A model generated the notes under the pieces. It searched no databases and was not told the DNA's origin. It saw only the letters and a list, made by a program, of their open reading frames with translations. Of a stretch of 64,000 bases of DNA, positions 50,585-64,000 are shown in pieces. Position 1 is the first letter of the stretch; each line of letters opens with the position of its first letter. Location of the stretch: contig NC_042997.1 in assembly GCF_006345805.1 (NCBI RefSeq), forward strand, positions 196,106,001 through 196,170,000, written 5' to 3'. A program made the position numbers and the translations under genes. The DNA comes from Octopus sinensis (lineage: Eukaryota).

Positions 50585-50640
50585 CGGGTTTGACGTACAT
50601 TACGATGTATTTATTGATATTTGTCTACAACGTTAACTCG
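50585..50640 (+). CDS. Candidate internal exon encoding a hydrophobic segment ([A]GLTYITMYLLIFVYNVNS)
   Basis: Acceptor atcatttactttcgtag|, donor TCG|gtaaag; one open frame. Confidence 0.3.
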
Positions 50641-51728
50641 GTAAAGGAAAGTGTGATTCTGACTGAAACAGGCAGCGATATACATCTGTTTAAAGAACTA
50701 ATAGTTTTCGAAAGCAACTGGAAATTTATTTATATATCGCGTGTTTCGAGATACCGGAAGTTGATGCACAACCATTAGTTCAGAACGTGTTTACGGAAAA
50801 GAAAACAAATATTCCAAAGTGAATTATAATTCAATAATCGTAAATTTAGAAAACGTCTGACGAAATTAAAATTCTTTCTTTATTCTTTTTAAAGGAAGAT
50901 TTATTATCTTAACCTTGAGATGGGATTATACAAATAAGAAGTAAGAAGACATCTAAAACCATTGTTATCAAACTGTCCAGAAAGTTCTATTAATCAGTCA
51001 TTTGCACAAGATTGCTTTACTACAGCTATTGGTAAATATTACTCTGTACTAACTATACCAAACTATAGTTTTCAAAGGCAGTGAGTCTTTGTTACGAGAT
51101 AAGAGAAATTTCCTTGGAGTTATACTAGAGATAATTAACTCATTGACCATAAAGTTTTCTACAATTTCTGCTCAAGCTGATACCAGAAACATTCACTTTA
51201 AACCATTTTCTAAAAGTTAAAGTCTCTTGAGATTATATTCGTATTTCTTCAAATACAAAAAACTTGATATTAATCTCTCTCTATATATATTTTTTTTTTT
51301 TGAAACAAAATTACTTCTCTACGAAACGCTTACCGCCATACATCAGACAGTAGACTAAATTCTAGATTAATATTAATTGTTTGGTGAAATTTTCAGATGT
51401 TGATATAGGTAAGGGCTGATTGCTTTGACGTAAGGTTGTTGAAATTGAGTAACGTGAAAAGAAATTGCTCAGTGTTTTAGAGAATAAAGTAAATATTCAC
51501 AAATAACGCCAGATTTAAGCAAATATGATTGCTCAATTATTTCATCAAGCGCAGATGGTCTTTCACCTCTTTTTACATTAAATATGGTTCGGAGGTTCTG
51601 CGCTTTGCTCACGGACAGTGCACATCGCCCGGTTTAGAAAGCAAACCGCGACTTATGTTCGTTACCTGAGAACATTAACTACTTCACGTATATATTCCAT
51701 CCAACTCCTCACACACACACACACATAC

Positions 51729-51804
<76 letters not shown>

Positions 51805-51806
<2 letters not shown>

Positions 51807-51985
51807 AGAGTTCACGAAAAAAAACAAAGACGAAGACAGGTGGGTGTATAAAACAAACAGGTGTATTAGTATAACGCTTAGGAATAGAAAAAGTATTTTA
51901 CGTTTCGAGCCTACGCTCTTCTACAGAAAGGGACACAGAAGAAAAAAACAAGGTGATAAAAAATGTGTGTAGTTGCTACCGATCT
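51805..51985 (-). mobile_element. Short element of the CUGUNGA-hammerhead family (motif at 51931-51894)
   Basis: CCTTT-CTGTAGA-A-GAGC(GTAG)GCTC-GAAAC-GTA-AAATA. Confidence 0.6.
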
Positions 51986-53213
51986 GTATATATATGTGTG
52001 TGTCTGTGGGTGTGTGTGTGTGTCTATAGATAGTACATACATGCATATATATACGTGTGTGTATGTATACACACACATATATATATATATACACACACAT
52101 ACATATATGTGAATATATATATATTTACATGTATATATATATATATGTATATTTACATGTATATATATATATGTGTATATTTACATGTATATATATATAT
52201 ATATATTTACGTATGTATACATATATACATATATATGTATACATATATGTATATATACATATACGTATATGTGTGTGTGTGTATGTGTGTATTAACAAAC
52301 TCATTACGTACACATATTGTCTCTCTCAGCTTTTAACTTCGTGGTTAATCTCTCAGCAAATCATCTTCTTTTAGCTGCCCTTGCGTGTATTTGAGTGTAC
52401 ATCTCTAACTTCTTTCGACTTAATTCTCTTAAGTCTATATACGTATGTAAACATATTTACAATGTATGTATATGCAGGGTTTTTATTTTGTCTTTCAATC
52501 ATCGTTTCGAACAACCTATATATTTCTGTATGTCTTTCATAAAAATTCCCATTATCGTCGCGATTCTTCCCATTCATTTATCATAATTCCCCCCCCCCAC
52601 TCTAATATTCTCCTACAGTACTAGGAACCCCTTTTGCTTCTGGGTTATTTTCCTTTCTTTGATTTTTTTTTTACCCTATATTCTAATGCTATTCATCACT
52701 TTTTTTCTGCTTGGGCAGCGCTTTTTAGACTTTATTCTCTTTTTTCACAATTTCCATCGTTATAAACTTTTTACCTAAATTATATCTCTACTTCACCCCT
52801 CACCCCAGTTGCAAAAATCATTCGATCATTTCGCTTTTTAACATCATCATCATTATTATTATTATTATTGGAACGTCCATTATATATCAGTTTCGTTTAT
52901 ATTTTCTAATCTAATTCACACCGACGAAGACCATCACGAGTTTATCGTTTCATGTCTTTTTTCTTCTTCATTCTCTCTCTCTCCCTCTCTTCCTCTCTCT
53001 CTCTCTCTTTCTCTCTTTCTTTCTCTTTGTCTTCAGTGAGGATGATGATATAATATGGTCTTCGACAGCTCCACCGTTGCATGACAATTTACCATTTTTT
53101 AAAATGTCAAAACAAGTTACAAAAGCGATGTACCATACTCAAAAATTATCCTCATCATCATCATGATCATCATCCTCAGTATTATTACTATTATTATTAT
53201 TATCATTATTATG

Positions 53214-53251
<38 letters not shown>

Positions 53252-53706
53252 GAGATTTCGACAAAAAAATAAAAGTCTATTTATAAAACACAAAAATATA
53301 GTCTTTGAAAGATGAAAAAAAAAAAAACTTGTTACACAAACGTTTCGAATTTAACACATTAAACTGCACTGAAAATAAATAAAATATAAAAAAGAACAAA
53401 TTTAATACAACTGCAATCGAAGAAAAAGCATAATAGACTTGTGTGTGGTTAGTAAAAGGTTAGGAAAACATGCTGCGCGCACATTCTTATTGTACCAGAC
53501 GTTTCTGTCTCTTCTGTTCGACCTATTCATGTTGATATTTATTTAGCCTGAAGCTATACACTGTTATGGCTTAACGTTTCATCATTGTTAGAGAAATCGA
53601 ACTAACATACATTCCTCTATTTTTGTTTGGTGTTTTTTTTTGTTTATTTTTTGTTATGCATTTTTGCTTGTATTTTTTTTTTTTATATTTCTTGTTTATT
53701 TTTAAG

Positions 53707-53816
53707 TTGCAAAAGTCACGATGGATTTGCAAAGAAACTATTATGTTGATGAGGACAGCATGACAAGAGACGATAACCATTCCGAATTGCGGCTAATTAG
53801 CACAACTGCTTTGTAG
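53707..53816 (+). CDS. Candidate terminal exon ([V]AKVTMDLQRNYYVDEDSMTRDDNHSELRLISTTAL*)
   Basis: Long T-rich tract plus taag|, open to TAG at 53814-16, ends in T-x-L. The AAG acceptor is atypical. Confidence 0.3.
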
Positions 53817-54187
53817 TATTTCTGTATGTGAGTGTGCGACTACGCGTGTGTGTGTATATACGAGTGTAGGTATATATGTGTGTATATGTGCTTTTTGTGC
53901 GTGCGAATGTATGTGTGCGTGTGTTGCTATTTTCTCTGTTGGTGTGCATCTGAATGCATTTGTGTATTGGTCTGTGCGAGTCACTTTCTGGCAGAAAGTA
54001 GAGTATTCGAGAAAACATTTTCCTATTGGTCAGGGTTGCTAGTAACAACGAGAGCGATAAATAGGAAAAGAATATTTCCAAAAAGTATTTTGTACCGAAA
54101 GTATTAATGTCGTTAGTAAATCCTTCTGTAGTAATTTGTGTAAGTTTTAGTAGGGAACTGCTGTGGACGGCTTCAACCACAAAAAGG

Positions 54188-54418
54188 GGGCGAGCTGGCA
54201 GAAACGTTAGCACGTCGGGCGAGATACTTAGTGGTATTTCGTCTGCCGTTACGTTCTGAGTTCAAATTCTGCCGAGGTCGACTTTGCCTTTCATCATTTC
54301 GGGGTCGATAAATTGAGTACCATTTACGCACTGGGGTCGATGCAATCAACTTAATCCGTTTGTCTGAACCTGTTTGTCCTCTCTGTGTTTAGCCCCTTGT
54401 GGGTAGTAAAGAAATAGG
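54188..54418 (+). mobile_element. SINE family A
   Basis: Matches the consensus. Confidence 0.9.
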
Positions 54419-54599
54419 CTTCAACCACAAACGATGAATGGTGCAGCTGATATGAAAGGCTTCGAATCCAGGACCGTAAAACTCCGACTGAATATGTTAA
54501 GTATGTGGTTGAGAGATTACTGTTATCCGTCAGCTTCATTTCCCTGTTAGCTTTCTTGGAGAGATTTCTTACTTAGGAAATGAACTGAAATTTGGAGGA

Positions 54600-55200
54600 G
54601 AGAGTTTGTTGATTATATCAATCCTAGTATTTGTTTGGTAATTTATTATATTTGTCCTGGGAGACCGAAATGCAAAATTGACCTCAGGCGGATTTGAACT
54701 CTGAAAGTAAAGACTTGTAACAAAATAATGCAAGACTGTATCTAACGTTGTTGCACTGAACCTGTCAATTCAATGACTACTTAGCTTTCTAAATGCCTTT
54801 CTACTATAAATTCGGGGACAGAGGGATAGTCGATTAAATTGAACCCCAAGTGATTCACTCGTGCGTAGTTTATCGACACTGAAAGGATGAAGGGTAAAGT
54901 CAACCTCGGTGGAATTTGAACTCATAACGTAAAGACCTGACGAAATGCCCCTAAGCATTTTGTCCGGCGTGCTACCGCCACATTTTCTTAGCTTTCCAAT
55001 ACTGGTTTCAAATTTTGGCACAAGGCCAATTTCAGGGGAGGGAGTCGATCGATTACATGGACCTTAGAACTCAGCTGGTACTTATTTTTTCCTGAAAGGA
55101 TGAAAGGCAAACTCGACCTCGGCAGAATTTAAACTCAGAACGTAAAGACCGGACGAAATGCTGCTAAGCATTTCGCCCGGCTGCCAACGATTCTGCTAAA
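54600..55200 (-). mobile_element. Three decayed family A-related SINEs with an alternative tail (...GGCCTTGTGCCAAAATTTGAAACC)
   Basis: Shared head and central domain; the tail differs from canonical family A. Confidence 0.75.
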
Positions 55201-55210
55201 TCCCTGCCTT

Positions 55211-55516
55211 ACTTGCTGTTTGTTCCTTCTCGAGCCACGCCTAGCTCATAAGGGCCGGTTTCCCAGCTTTCTTGGCGTATAGGTTCCCCACCAGGACGGG
55301 ACGCCGGTCCGTCGCAGGTGAGCTGCAAGATGCAGGAGGAAAGAGTGAGAGAAAGTTGTGGCGAGAGAGTCACAGAGGTTCGCCATTACCTTCTGCCAGA
55401 GCCGCGTGGAGCTTTCGTGTTTCACTCATAAACACACACATCGCCCGGTCTGAGATTCGAACCCGCGATCCCTCGACCACGAGTCCGCTGCTCTAGCCAC
55501 TAGGCCATGTGCCTCC
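55211..55516 (-). mobile_element. SINE with a family C head and a V-domain-like body
   Basis: The minus strand carries CCTGCGACGGACCGGCGTCCCGTCCTGGTGGGG after a family C-like head. Confidence 0.7.
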
Positions 55517-55819
55517 CCTGCTTTACTTAGCTGGATGAGCCTTTAGATGATGATATTGATGAACCTTCAGAATGTCAGATAGAATATTTGTGGTATTTGT
55601 TCTAGTACTCTGCGGCATGTGTTCAAATCGCATAGCAGTCAACATTTCTATATATCTTTCGAGGTCGACAAAATAAATAAATGTCAAGGGCAGTGAACTT
55701 CCGAAATTATTAGGGCGTTGTACTTTATGTTTTGCAGTGTCTAATGCAGCTCCGCGCATTCTGAGATCAAGTCCTGCCCAGACACTGAAAAATGGTGATA
55801 TTAATGTCAGAAATATGTG

Positions 55820-56045
55820 AAGGCACGAAGCCTAGTTGTTAGAATGTTGCACTGAATATCGCAAAATCATGGTTTCGATTCTCTCACTGGTATGTGCGTT
55901 GTGTTCTTGATCAAAACGTTTTATTTCACATAATCTGTTGCAAAGGAGCAACCTTGTGACGGACTAGCCTCCCTTTCGGGGTATTTTATTGTGATCTCGG
56001 TCACTTATACAGCTTGGAGACCAGGTAACCGGCCCTTTGAGACCC
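55820..56045 (+). mobile_element. Decayed SINE: tRNA head, CORE-like domain, V-domain-like segment
   Basis: gttgtgttcttgatcaaaacgttttatttcac ... accttgtgacggactagcctccc ... accggccctttgag. Confidence 0.55.
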
Positions 56046-56864
56046 AGGACTGGAGACCTAGGCCTGGAGTACCTCCTTTAGGTTAGACAGAAGTAGCAGC
56101 TCACAGGTAGTATCAGCAATGTGAAATAACAATGGAAATATAAAGTCCCTTAGTTCAATCAGTAGACAGCTACCACAACTACCACCACTGCTAAAACCAA
56201 TAGGGGTGAATTACTTCAAGGTTCTAGAGGCAGTAATCCGTCAATATAAGGGATTAAATGCTTCAGATTATTGGCGTTTGTTGTGTTAACCTCGAATTTA
56301 TGAAGAGTAAAGTTGACGTTGAATTTGAACACAGAGTATAGAGATTAAGGGTATGGGACAGTTTGACATACTAGTTTGGTACCACCTCTCTGGTGTCGCT
56401 GATTCAACGCTGACTTATTTGACGTTAGTCGTTTTAATGTTTCTTTCCTTCACCCTCCTTCCTCTCTGCGTATATTTGTGTGTGTATGTGCGTGTGTGTG
56501 TGTGTGTGTGTGTGTATAAGCATATTTCTCGTCATGTGTATCAGAAGCAGGGAAGTGTCTATGTCAATCGTATACAGCTGTAGTGTCTGTCTCTCTTTCT
56601 CTCACTTCTCTCTCTGTTTCGCATTCTCCGTCTCTCGCTCTCTCTCATTTTATCTCGCTATCGCTTTATCTATCTATCTAGCTAGTTAGCTAACTCAGTG
56701 TATTTGTCTCCAAGGCCAAAAGTTATTGTTGCCAAAACAGGCTAAATCTCCTGTCAGTCTTGCATATCACCAACCTCCAAACAGTTACACAATCCAAGAG
56801 ATTAAATAATGAGATATAAACAGCGTTTACGGAAATAATGCCAATATAACTAAACTAGCTAAGG

Positions 56865-57480
56865 CAGTGAGCTGGCAGAATTATTAGCACGCTGGTAAAA
56901 GTTTAGCCACAGTTCATTCGTTTTCACGTTCTGAGTTCAAATTCTACCAAGGTGGAATTTACATTTCATATTTTCCTGGTCGATAAAATAAGTACCTGTT
57001 GAACACTAGGGTTGATGTAATTGCTGGCCTTGTGTCAAAATTTGAAACCAATATAACTACACTATGATTTCATTCCTTGATGAGAATTTAAAATAATCTT
57101 AGTACTTTGTTATCGTAATATATTCTCACCAAAAAGGCGAGCTGACAGAAAGGTTAGCACGCCGGGCGAAATACTTAGTGACATTTCGTCTTCTATCCTT
57201 TTGGGGTCGATTAATTAAGTATCAGTTGCGTACTGTAGTCGGTCGAATCGACTGGCCTCCTCCTCAAAATTTTCGGGCCTTGTCCCTAGAGTAGAAAAGA
57301 ATATGCTCTCACCAATAAGGCGGCGAGCGAGTAGAATCTTTAACATGCCGGGAAAACACTTAGCGGCATTTCGTCAAATGCCTTTCATTCTTTCAGGATC
57401 GATAAAATAAAGATTTTGATCACTGAGGTCGATATAATCGACTGAAGTCAATTCTCCAAAATTTTCTGGCCTTGTGCTAA
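56865..57480. mobile_element. Cluster of decayed family A-related SINEs
   Basis: Repeated ggcgagctggcagaa and gtcgataaaataagtacc motifs; a further copy lies at about 57930-58105. Confidence 0.75.
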
Positions 57481-57498
57481 CATCTAAAGATCGATATA

Positions 57499-57909
57499 CA
57501 GGGTGTTCAAAAAGTCTGTCCGCAGTGAATTTTTCAGTGAACGGATTATTTCGAAGAGACTTTGGCCACAAAGATCACTTGGTTTTAACACTACCAGACA
57601 TTTTTTTCTGGGGTGCAAGTAAAGGATCGGTGTACAAGAATCGCCCGAAAAACCATTAATGAGCTAAAAGACGCAATCATAACCTTCACACGGTCCATAC
57701 CGCGTCACACTCTCCAAAATATGTTTCAAAACATGTGTAGAAGAGTCAAGTTATGTATTGAAAATGAAGGACGACACTTTCAACACCTCTTATAAGGGTT
57801 TTTAAGGTCTTGTAAAGTCTAATATATTCTATTGTAGTTTCATAGCAACTTATAAATATTTATTTTTGCAATAAAGGACTTACTGCAGAGAGACTTTTTG
57901 AACACCCTG
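57499..57909 (+). mobile_element. Internally deleted IS630-Tc1-mariner element (rosa/DD41D-like C-terminus)
   Basis: 19-bp TIRs CAGGGTGTTCAAAAAGTCT / AGACTTTTTGAACACCCTG with TA on both sides. Remnant ...PDIFFWG/VKDR...YKNRPKTINELKDAI...CIENEGRHFQHLL*. Confidence 0.85.
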
Positions 57910-58130
57910 TATATACGTTAACAAGACTGCGAGGTGGAAATCAAAATTCTTAGCAACATTCTGTCCGTCTTTATGTTCTGAGTTCAAATTCTGCTGAGGT
58001 CGAATTCGGCTTCGATAAAATAAGTATCAGTTGTGCTCTGGGGTTGATATAGGCGACTTAACCCCTCCCTTGAAATTACTGGCCTTGTGCTAAAGTTTGA
58101 AACCCATGTATATTCATTCTAAAAAAAAGA

Positions 58131-58446
58131 CTCCGCCGGTTACGACGACGAGGGTCCCAGCTGATACGATCAACGGAACAGCTTGCTCATGAAATTAACG
58201 TGCAAATGGCTGAGCATTCCACAGACACGTGTACCCTTAACGTAGTTCTCGGGGATAATCAGCGTGACACAGAGAGTGACAAGGCTGACCCTTTGAAATA
58301 CAAGTACAACTCATTTTGCCACTGAGTGGACTGGAGCAACCTGAAATAAAGTGTCTTGTCCAAGGACACAATGCGTCGCCGGGAATCGAACTCACAACCT
58401 TACGATCATGAGCCGAATGCCCTAACCACTAAGCCACGCGCCCTCA
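58131..58446 (-). mobile_element. Full-length SINE family D
   Basis: tRNA head, CORE-like TTGGACAAGACACTTTATTTCA and the family C-type 3' domain. Confidence 0.88.
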
Positions 58447-58809
58447 CTGTGTATTCATTAATAAGCTTCAGATAACATAAGATGTGGAATGCTACGTATG
58501 GGAGAAATGGTTCTTAGAGGAATCGAAACCCAGTCTCTAACATTATGCACTGTTAAATTACTCGCAACATATTAAGAAGAAGAAAAAAAACAAAAAAAAA
58601 ACACAACTTTGTAAAATCCACGGAAGAAGTCTACATGTAATCATTCGACCTGGTAGAAATAGCAGCCAAACTTCTCTCCAGTCACTACCTAACATAGTTT
58701 TAAGCGAAGATGCACGACTGAAATTAAAACAGGATGGTCTAGGATGGAAAGCTTTCGATTGTAGCTCTAATCTGTAAGAGATGGTGATGGAATATATTAA
58801 CAGCTTTTA

Positions 58810-59105
58810 TCTTTTACTTGTTTCATTCACTGAACTGCAGTCACGCTACAGTACAGCGTTGAAGTCTTTTAGCCGAATAAATGGCCCCGATGCTTATTTA
58901 TCGGTCTCTTTTGCTGAACTGCTACAAAACTGGAACGTAAGCAAAGCAACACCAAGCATGCCTGTACGACGCGGCTTCTTTTGGTTTCCGCCGAACAGAT
59001 CCATTCACGAGGCATTAGTGTGTCTGAGGCTATAGTAGAAAAGACTTGAACTCGAACCCATGTGGCTGGTAGGCAAACATTTTACCACACAGCCAAGCCT
59101 GCGCC
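58810..59105 (-). mobile_element. Decayed SINE family B
   Basis: Reverse complement of the consensus with deletions. Confidence 0.75.
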
Positions 59106-59574
59106 TTGATAAAAAAATAATTCAAGACTTCCCTTGTTACATTTTATAATTGGAGCATTTAATATTCAAGTTTCCTGATTCAATATACATATCATTAAGT
59201 TGGTTAATTTTTGTGGTTATTGATCAGCCATGGATGTGCTTGAGTAATTGGATCGATATTCATGATTGAATTTAATTTCAAGCCGTCTCGTTAAACAAAC
59301 ATTTGTATATCACACGTGACCTCGAGAACTAGTCTCCTTAATTGTTCTGTAGTTTATCACATTATTGTAAATGCTCTGAAGTTTATAACTTTCACGGATT
59401 TAAGTGACCAAAATCTAATCTCCTAACCCTCTTGTTTACAAAACTTTTGAGAACTCCACTGTCTAGCGATAACATTCGGGACTGATGATCATTTAGCTAC
59501 AGTTTCGATTTCTAGTTGAAACGCTATAAGAAGAAAGAAATGGGCGTGAACAAGCTAATACTATCGTCTCTTAA

Positions 59575-59990
59575 GGCGGCGAGCTGGCAGAACCGTTAGC
59601 ACGCCGGGCAAAATGCGTAGCCGTATTTCGCCTGCCGCTACGTTTTGACTTCAAATTCCGCCGAGGTCGACTTTGCCTTTCATCCTTTTGGGGTCGATAA
59701 ATTAAGTACCAGTTACGCACTGGGTCGATATAATCGACTTAATCCGTCTGTCTGTCCTTGTTTGTCCTCTCTGTGTTTAGCCCCTTGTGGGTAGTAAAGA
59801 AATAGGTATATCGTCTGCCGCTATGTTCTGAGTTCAAATTCCGCCGAGGTCGACTTTGCCTTTCATCCTTTCGGGGTCGATAAATTAAGTACCAGTTACG
59901 CACTGGGGTCGATATAATCGACTTAATCCGTCTGTCTGTCCTTGTTTGTCCTCTCTGTGTTTAGCCCCTTGTGGGTAGTAAAGAAATAGA
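59575..59990 (+). mobile_element. SINE family A head-to-tail dimer
   Basis: Junction AAATAGGTATATCG at about 59800-59813. Confidence 0.9.
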
Positions 59991-60955
59991 AACTATCGTC
60001 TCTCTCTCTCTCTCTCTCTTTCTCCATCTATCTATCTACCTGCCTATCTGAGGATGGGAAACCATACCCTTAGACGGTAATTCGACACCATATTCGAGAT
60101 TCAAAATTACACAAAACCAGTATTCGACGTTGATTTAACACACCAGATTTGTATTAGCACTGTAATCTACTGTAGAATGATAGCTTATCTCCCCATGGCC
60201 CTTATTTACAAGTTTTGTTAATTACATTTTAAGTGTTTTATTACCATTTACACGATATTAATATTTGACCTTTTAATTAATTGCCAGGTAGTTAAACAAC
60301 TAGGAGCTATAAGGAATTTTAGTTATAAATTATGGTCACGTAAATATTAGCTAATTATAACTATTCACTTAATTGAAAGAACATTTTTAATAATTACAAA
60401 TATCGCTGCTACTTATAACACACAAAAAAAAAATCAGAGATATATATGTTAGATTTTCAGAAGGATAATTATCACAGCAAGTTCGTTTATCTTTATCGCC
60501 ATCATTAATTGTTGTCTATCTAAACCATATTTTTTTCAACTTGTTTATTAGCAGGACAGAAAATGTTATAAAATAAAATGTCTATAATATACAAGAAGTG
60601 TAAAGTATTAAGTATGAGATAAAATGTGTCGGAGACAATAGTGTCTAACTCCCTTTGTCTCGAGTTCAAATCTCAATAAGGAAGTGACTACTTTCATCTT
60701 TCAGCAATTGTGTTGTTCTAGTGAAAGTACTCGAAGCAAACAGTTGTATTGATCACGAAAGCAAACAGACGAACCGTGCAATGAAGCTTAATATCCAACG
60801 TGTAAAAATACATCAAAGTAAATTAGAATTACAATTGCTAAGAGAGGAGTCACGAACTAAAATGTCTGTTTAGGGATGTGGGAACAAACACTGGGAAATT
60901 TTATTTTGCTAATCTATTTTAATGTATCTTGCGTATACAATTAGATACATGACTG

Positions 60956-61225
60956 CTACTGGAGGGTTCTTTCCGCAGTGTGTGCGATCCATTTCCTGTT
61001 CCTTCGTCTAATCTGAACCTGTATTGGCTCCTGGTTGGCCCTTTCCCACAGGTCGGACTTTGGTACTCTGTCGAACCACTTCAGATGGAGGATCTGCCGG
61101 AGACATTTGTTGATGAAGGTCTGGATCTTCTTGTAGTTGCTGCAGGTGGCTCTCCATGTTTCAGAGCCATACAAAAGCACATATTTTACGTTTGAACGAA
61201 ATAAACGGAGATTAGTTCGAGTTGA
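60956..61225 (-). mobile_element. RTE-clade LINE ORF2 fragment (region C-terminal to RT)
   Basis: LRLFRSNVKYVLLYGSETWRAT...KIQTFINKCLRQILHLKWFDRVPKSDLWERANQEPIQVQIRRRNRKWIAH. Confidence 0.88.
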
Positions 61226-61988
61226 GATGGCAGTGGACTTCATATGTATATATGGAATCCCATAAGACGAAATTTCTATTAGTATATTTTCTATATGATT
61301 TTTTTCCCTATGTATATTTGTTTCTTCTATGAAAAGAGATATACATAGGGAGAAAATCCAGTCCATATACAAAGATCCATTATTCTGACGGCTTTAGAAG
61401 AATTATTGTTAAGAGAATGTCTCACAAGTGTTACACCAAGGAGTTAAATAGTTTTGAAAAGAAACAAAGATGTCTCCTTCTATCGAAATTCCAACATATG
61501 ATTGGTGAGGAACGTAAGTTTTTTCCGCATATGTGAGCGCAAAGATATCAGTTGATGAAAGATACTTAATATTTTAGTACTGTATTAAAGGTTTACGAGT
61601 TTATCAAGAGCATAACATCAACTGAATGGGCTAGATTGGGTAATGATGTATTATTTTTGTCTGAAAGAGCTGATTTAATATTGCTAAAAATTTTTTCAAA
61701 CATCATTTATGTATCGCTAGGCCAGTATCAAAATATTTTGGTATTATACTTGTGTTGATAGAATCTCTTCAGAAATTGATTTGTTGTTAATCCAATGCTA
61801 TGTATATTATCATGATTAATGTTCGATGTGACAGTTGTTGCATAGATAATGCTCTATAATATTGATATTGATTGGATGAGTATAAGTTTAAGGCATTTCA
61901 AGATTTTTCGCATACACACACAAAAACACTCACAAACACATACACTCACACATATAAGTATATATGTGTATACATATGTATGCATATG

Positions 61989-62021
<33 letters not shown>

Positions 62022-62379
62022 GGGTGATGTATGTTTCTGTATATACGCATGTAGAAACACATAGGCGAGGCACGTCCGACGCTACCGAAGCGCTGCTTTC
62101 CATAAATTTTTCTGCAATTCGCAACATACAATGAGACGACGTCATTCACCCATTAATGTCTATCCACTTTCGTGTAACAGGAGATATACTAATAGACGAT
62201 AAATTTCATCTTATAGGATTTCATATATATATAAATATATGGTAAATGAAAGATGGAAGATGGAATATACGAGAATTTATATATTCTATCTTCCGTCTTT
62301 CATTTACAATATACATAACGATCACTGTGAATGTGACCGTGCTTCACCAGTAAGCTACCAGGTGTAAATATCGTTATTA

Positions 62380-63130
<751 letters not shown>

Positions 63131-63152
63131 ATAAAAATCTGTTACAAGTATA

Positions 63153-63455
63153 GTGGTTGACACTGACTTCGAAGTTTCGGCCAGCTAAACCTAGGCCATG
63201 ACTTGGAAGTCACAATCAAAGCTATTATCTTAAAATAATATTAAATATTTGCAAAGAGTATTGAGTAGTCATTCAGTTTAACGTAAATTTGTTTTCATTA
63301 TAACACGACATGACAACAATTTTACGTTAAACTGAATGATTACTCAATACTCTTTGCAAATATTCAATATTCTTTTAAGATAATAGTATTGACTGTGATT
63401 TCCAAGTCGTGGCCTAGGTTTAGCTGGCCGAAACTTCGAAGTCAATGTCAGCCAC
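63153..63455. mobile_element. About 300-bp almost fully palindromic MITE-like element flanked by TA
   Basis: TA|GTGGTTGACACTGACTTCGAAGTTTCGGCC... / ...GGCCGAAACTTCGAAGTCAATGTCAGCCAC|TA; arms of about 135 bp. Confidence 0.85.
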
Positions 63456-63460
63456 TAGGG

Positions 63461-63840
63461 AGGAAGCACTCCGTCAGTTACGACGATGAGGGGTTCCGGT
63501 TGATCCGAATCAACGAACAGCCTGCTCGTGAAATTAACGTGTAAGTGACTGAGCACTCCACAGACACGTGTACCCTTAACGTAGTTCTCGGGGATATTCA
63601 GCGTGACACAGAGAGTGACAAGGCGGCCCTTTGAAGTACAGGTACAACAGAAACAGGAAGAGTAGAGTGAGAGAAAGTTGTGGTGAAAGAGTACAGCAGG
63701 GATCACCACCCCCTGCCGGAGCCTCGTGAAGCTTTAGGTGTTTTCGCTCAATAAACACTCACAACGCCCGGTCTAGGAATCGAAACCGCGATCCTATGAC
63801 CGCGAGTCCACTGCCCTAACCACTAGGCCATTGCGCCTCC
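63461..63840 (-). mobile_element. Full-length SINE family C with a 12-bp TSD
   Basis: TGTCA(G/A)CCACTA at 63446-63457 and 63845-63856. Confidence 0.92.
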
Positions 63841-64000
63841 ACATTGTCAACCACTATGCATTAATAGACAGGTAGACAGACGTACAGACAGATAGACAGA
63901 CAGACAGAGATTTTTCAAGAGTCGATATAATGAAGTAACAGTCAAATACCGGTGTCAATGTAATATTCTGATATGTTGTTTCTAATTCTGTATTTGTACA

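Noticed and set aside
59480-59530. CTGATGA...GAAAC hammerhead candidate
   Set aside because: No GUH after stem III and no stem I.

Overview
Very AT-rich, microsatellite-dense eukaryotic (metazoan) genomic DNA. The repeat repertoire is most consistent with an octopod cephalopod genome; this is inferred from the character of the SINE families and not from a database search. There is one 100-N assembly gap (49750-49849). Most ORFs in the supplied track are microsatellite or SINE artefacts. The interpretable content is: (i) dozens of copies of at least four modular tRNA-derived SINE families; (ii) decayed LINE pieces (R4/Dong-type RLE 3' ends sitting in (TAA)n, two RTE-type fragments, a CR1/L2-group 3' end, an L1/Tx1-type ORF1 with a CCHC knuckle); (iii) Tc1/mariner relics with TIRs and TA duplications, MITE-like fold-backs and two non-autonomous Helitrons; (iv) a stop-interrupted fragment of an uncharacterised transposase-like protein at the left edge; (v) scattered small exon candidates, mostly on the + strand, from a host gene I cannot identify. 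The most striking signal is about 12 minimal type-I hammerhead-ribozyme-like motifs from about 7 unrelated sequence families. They include one textbook-intact motif (13471-13541), an inverted pair inside a 326-bp palindrome, a family with a non-canonical CUGUNGA core, and one that may be the 3' module of a tRNA-headed SINE. All alignments, folds and translations were done by eye, so boundaries may be off by a few bases.
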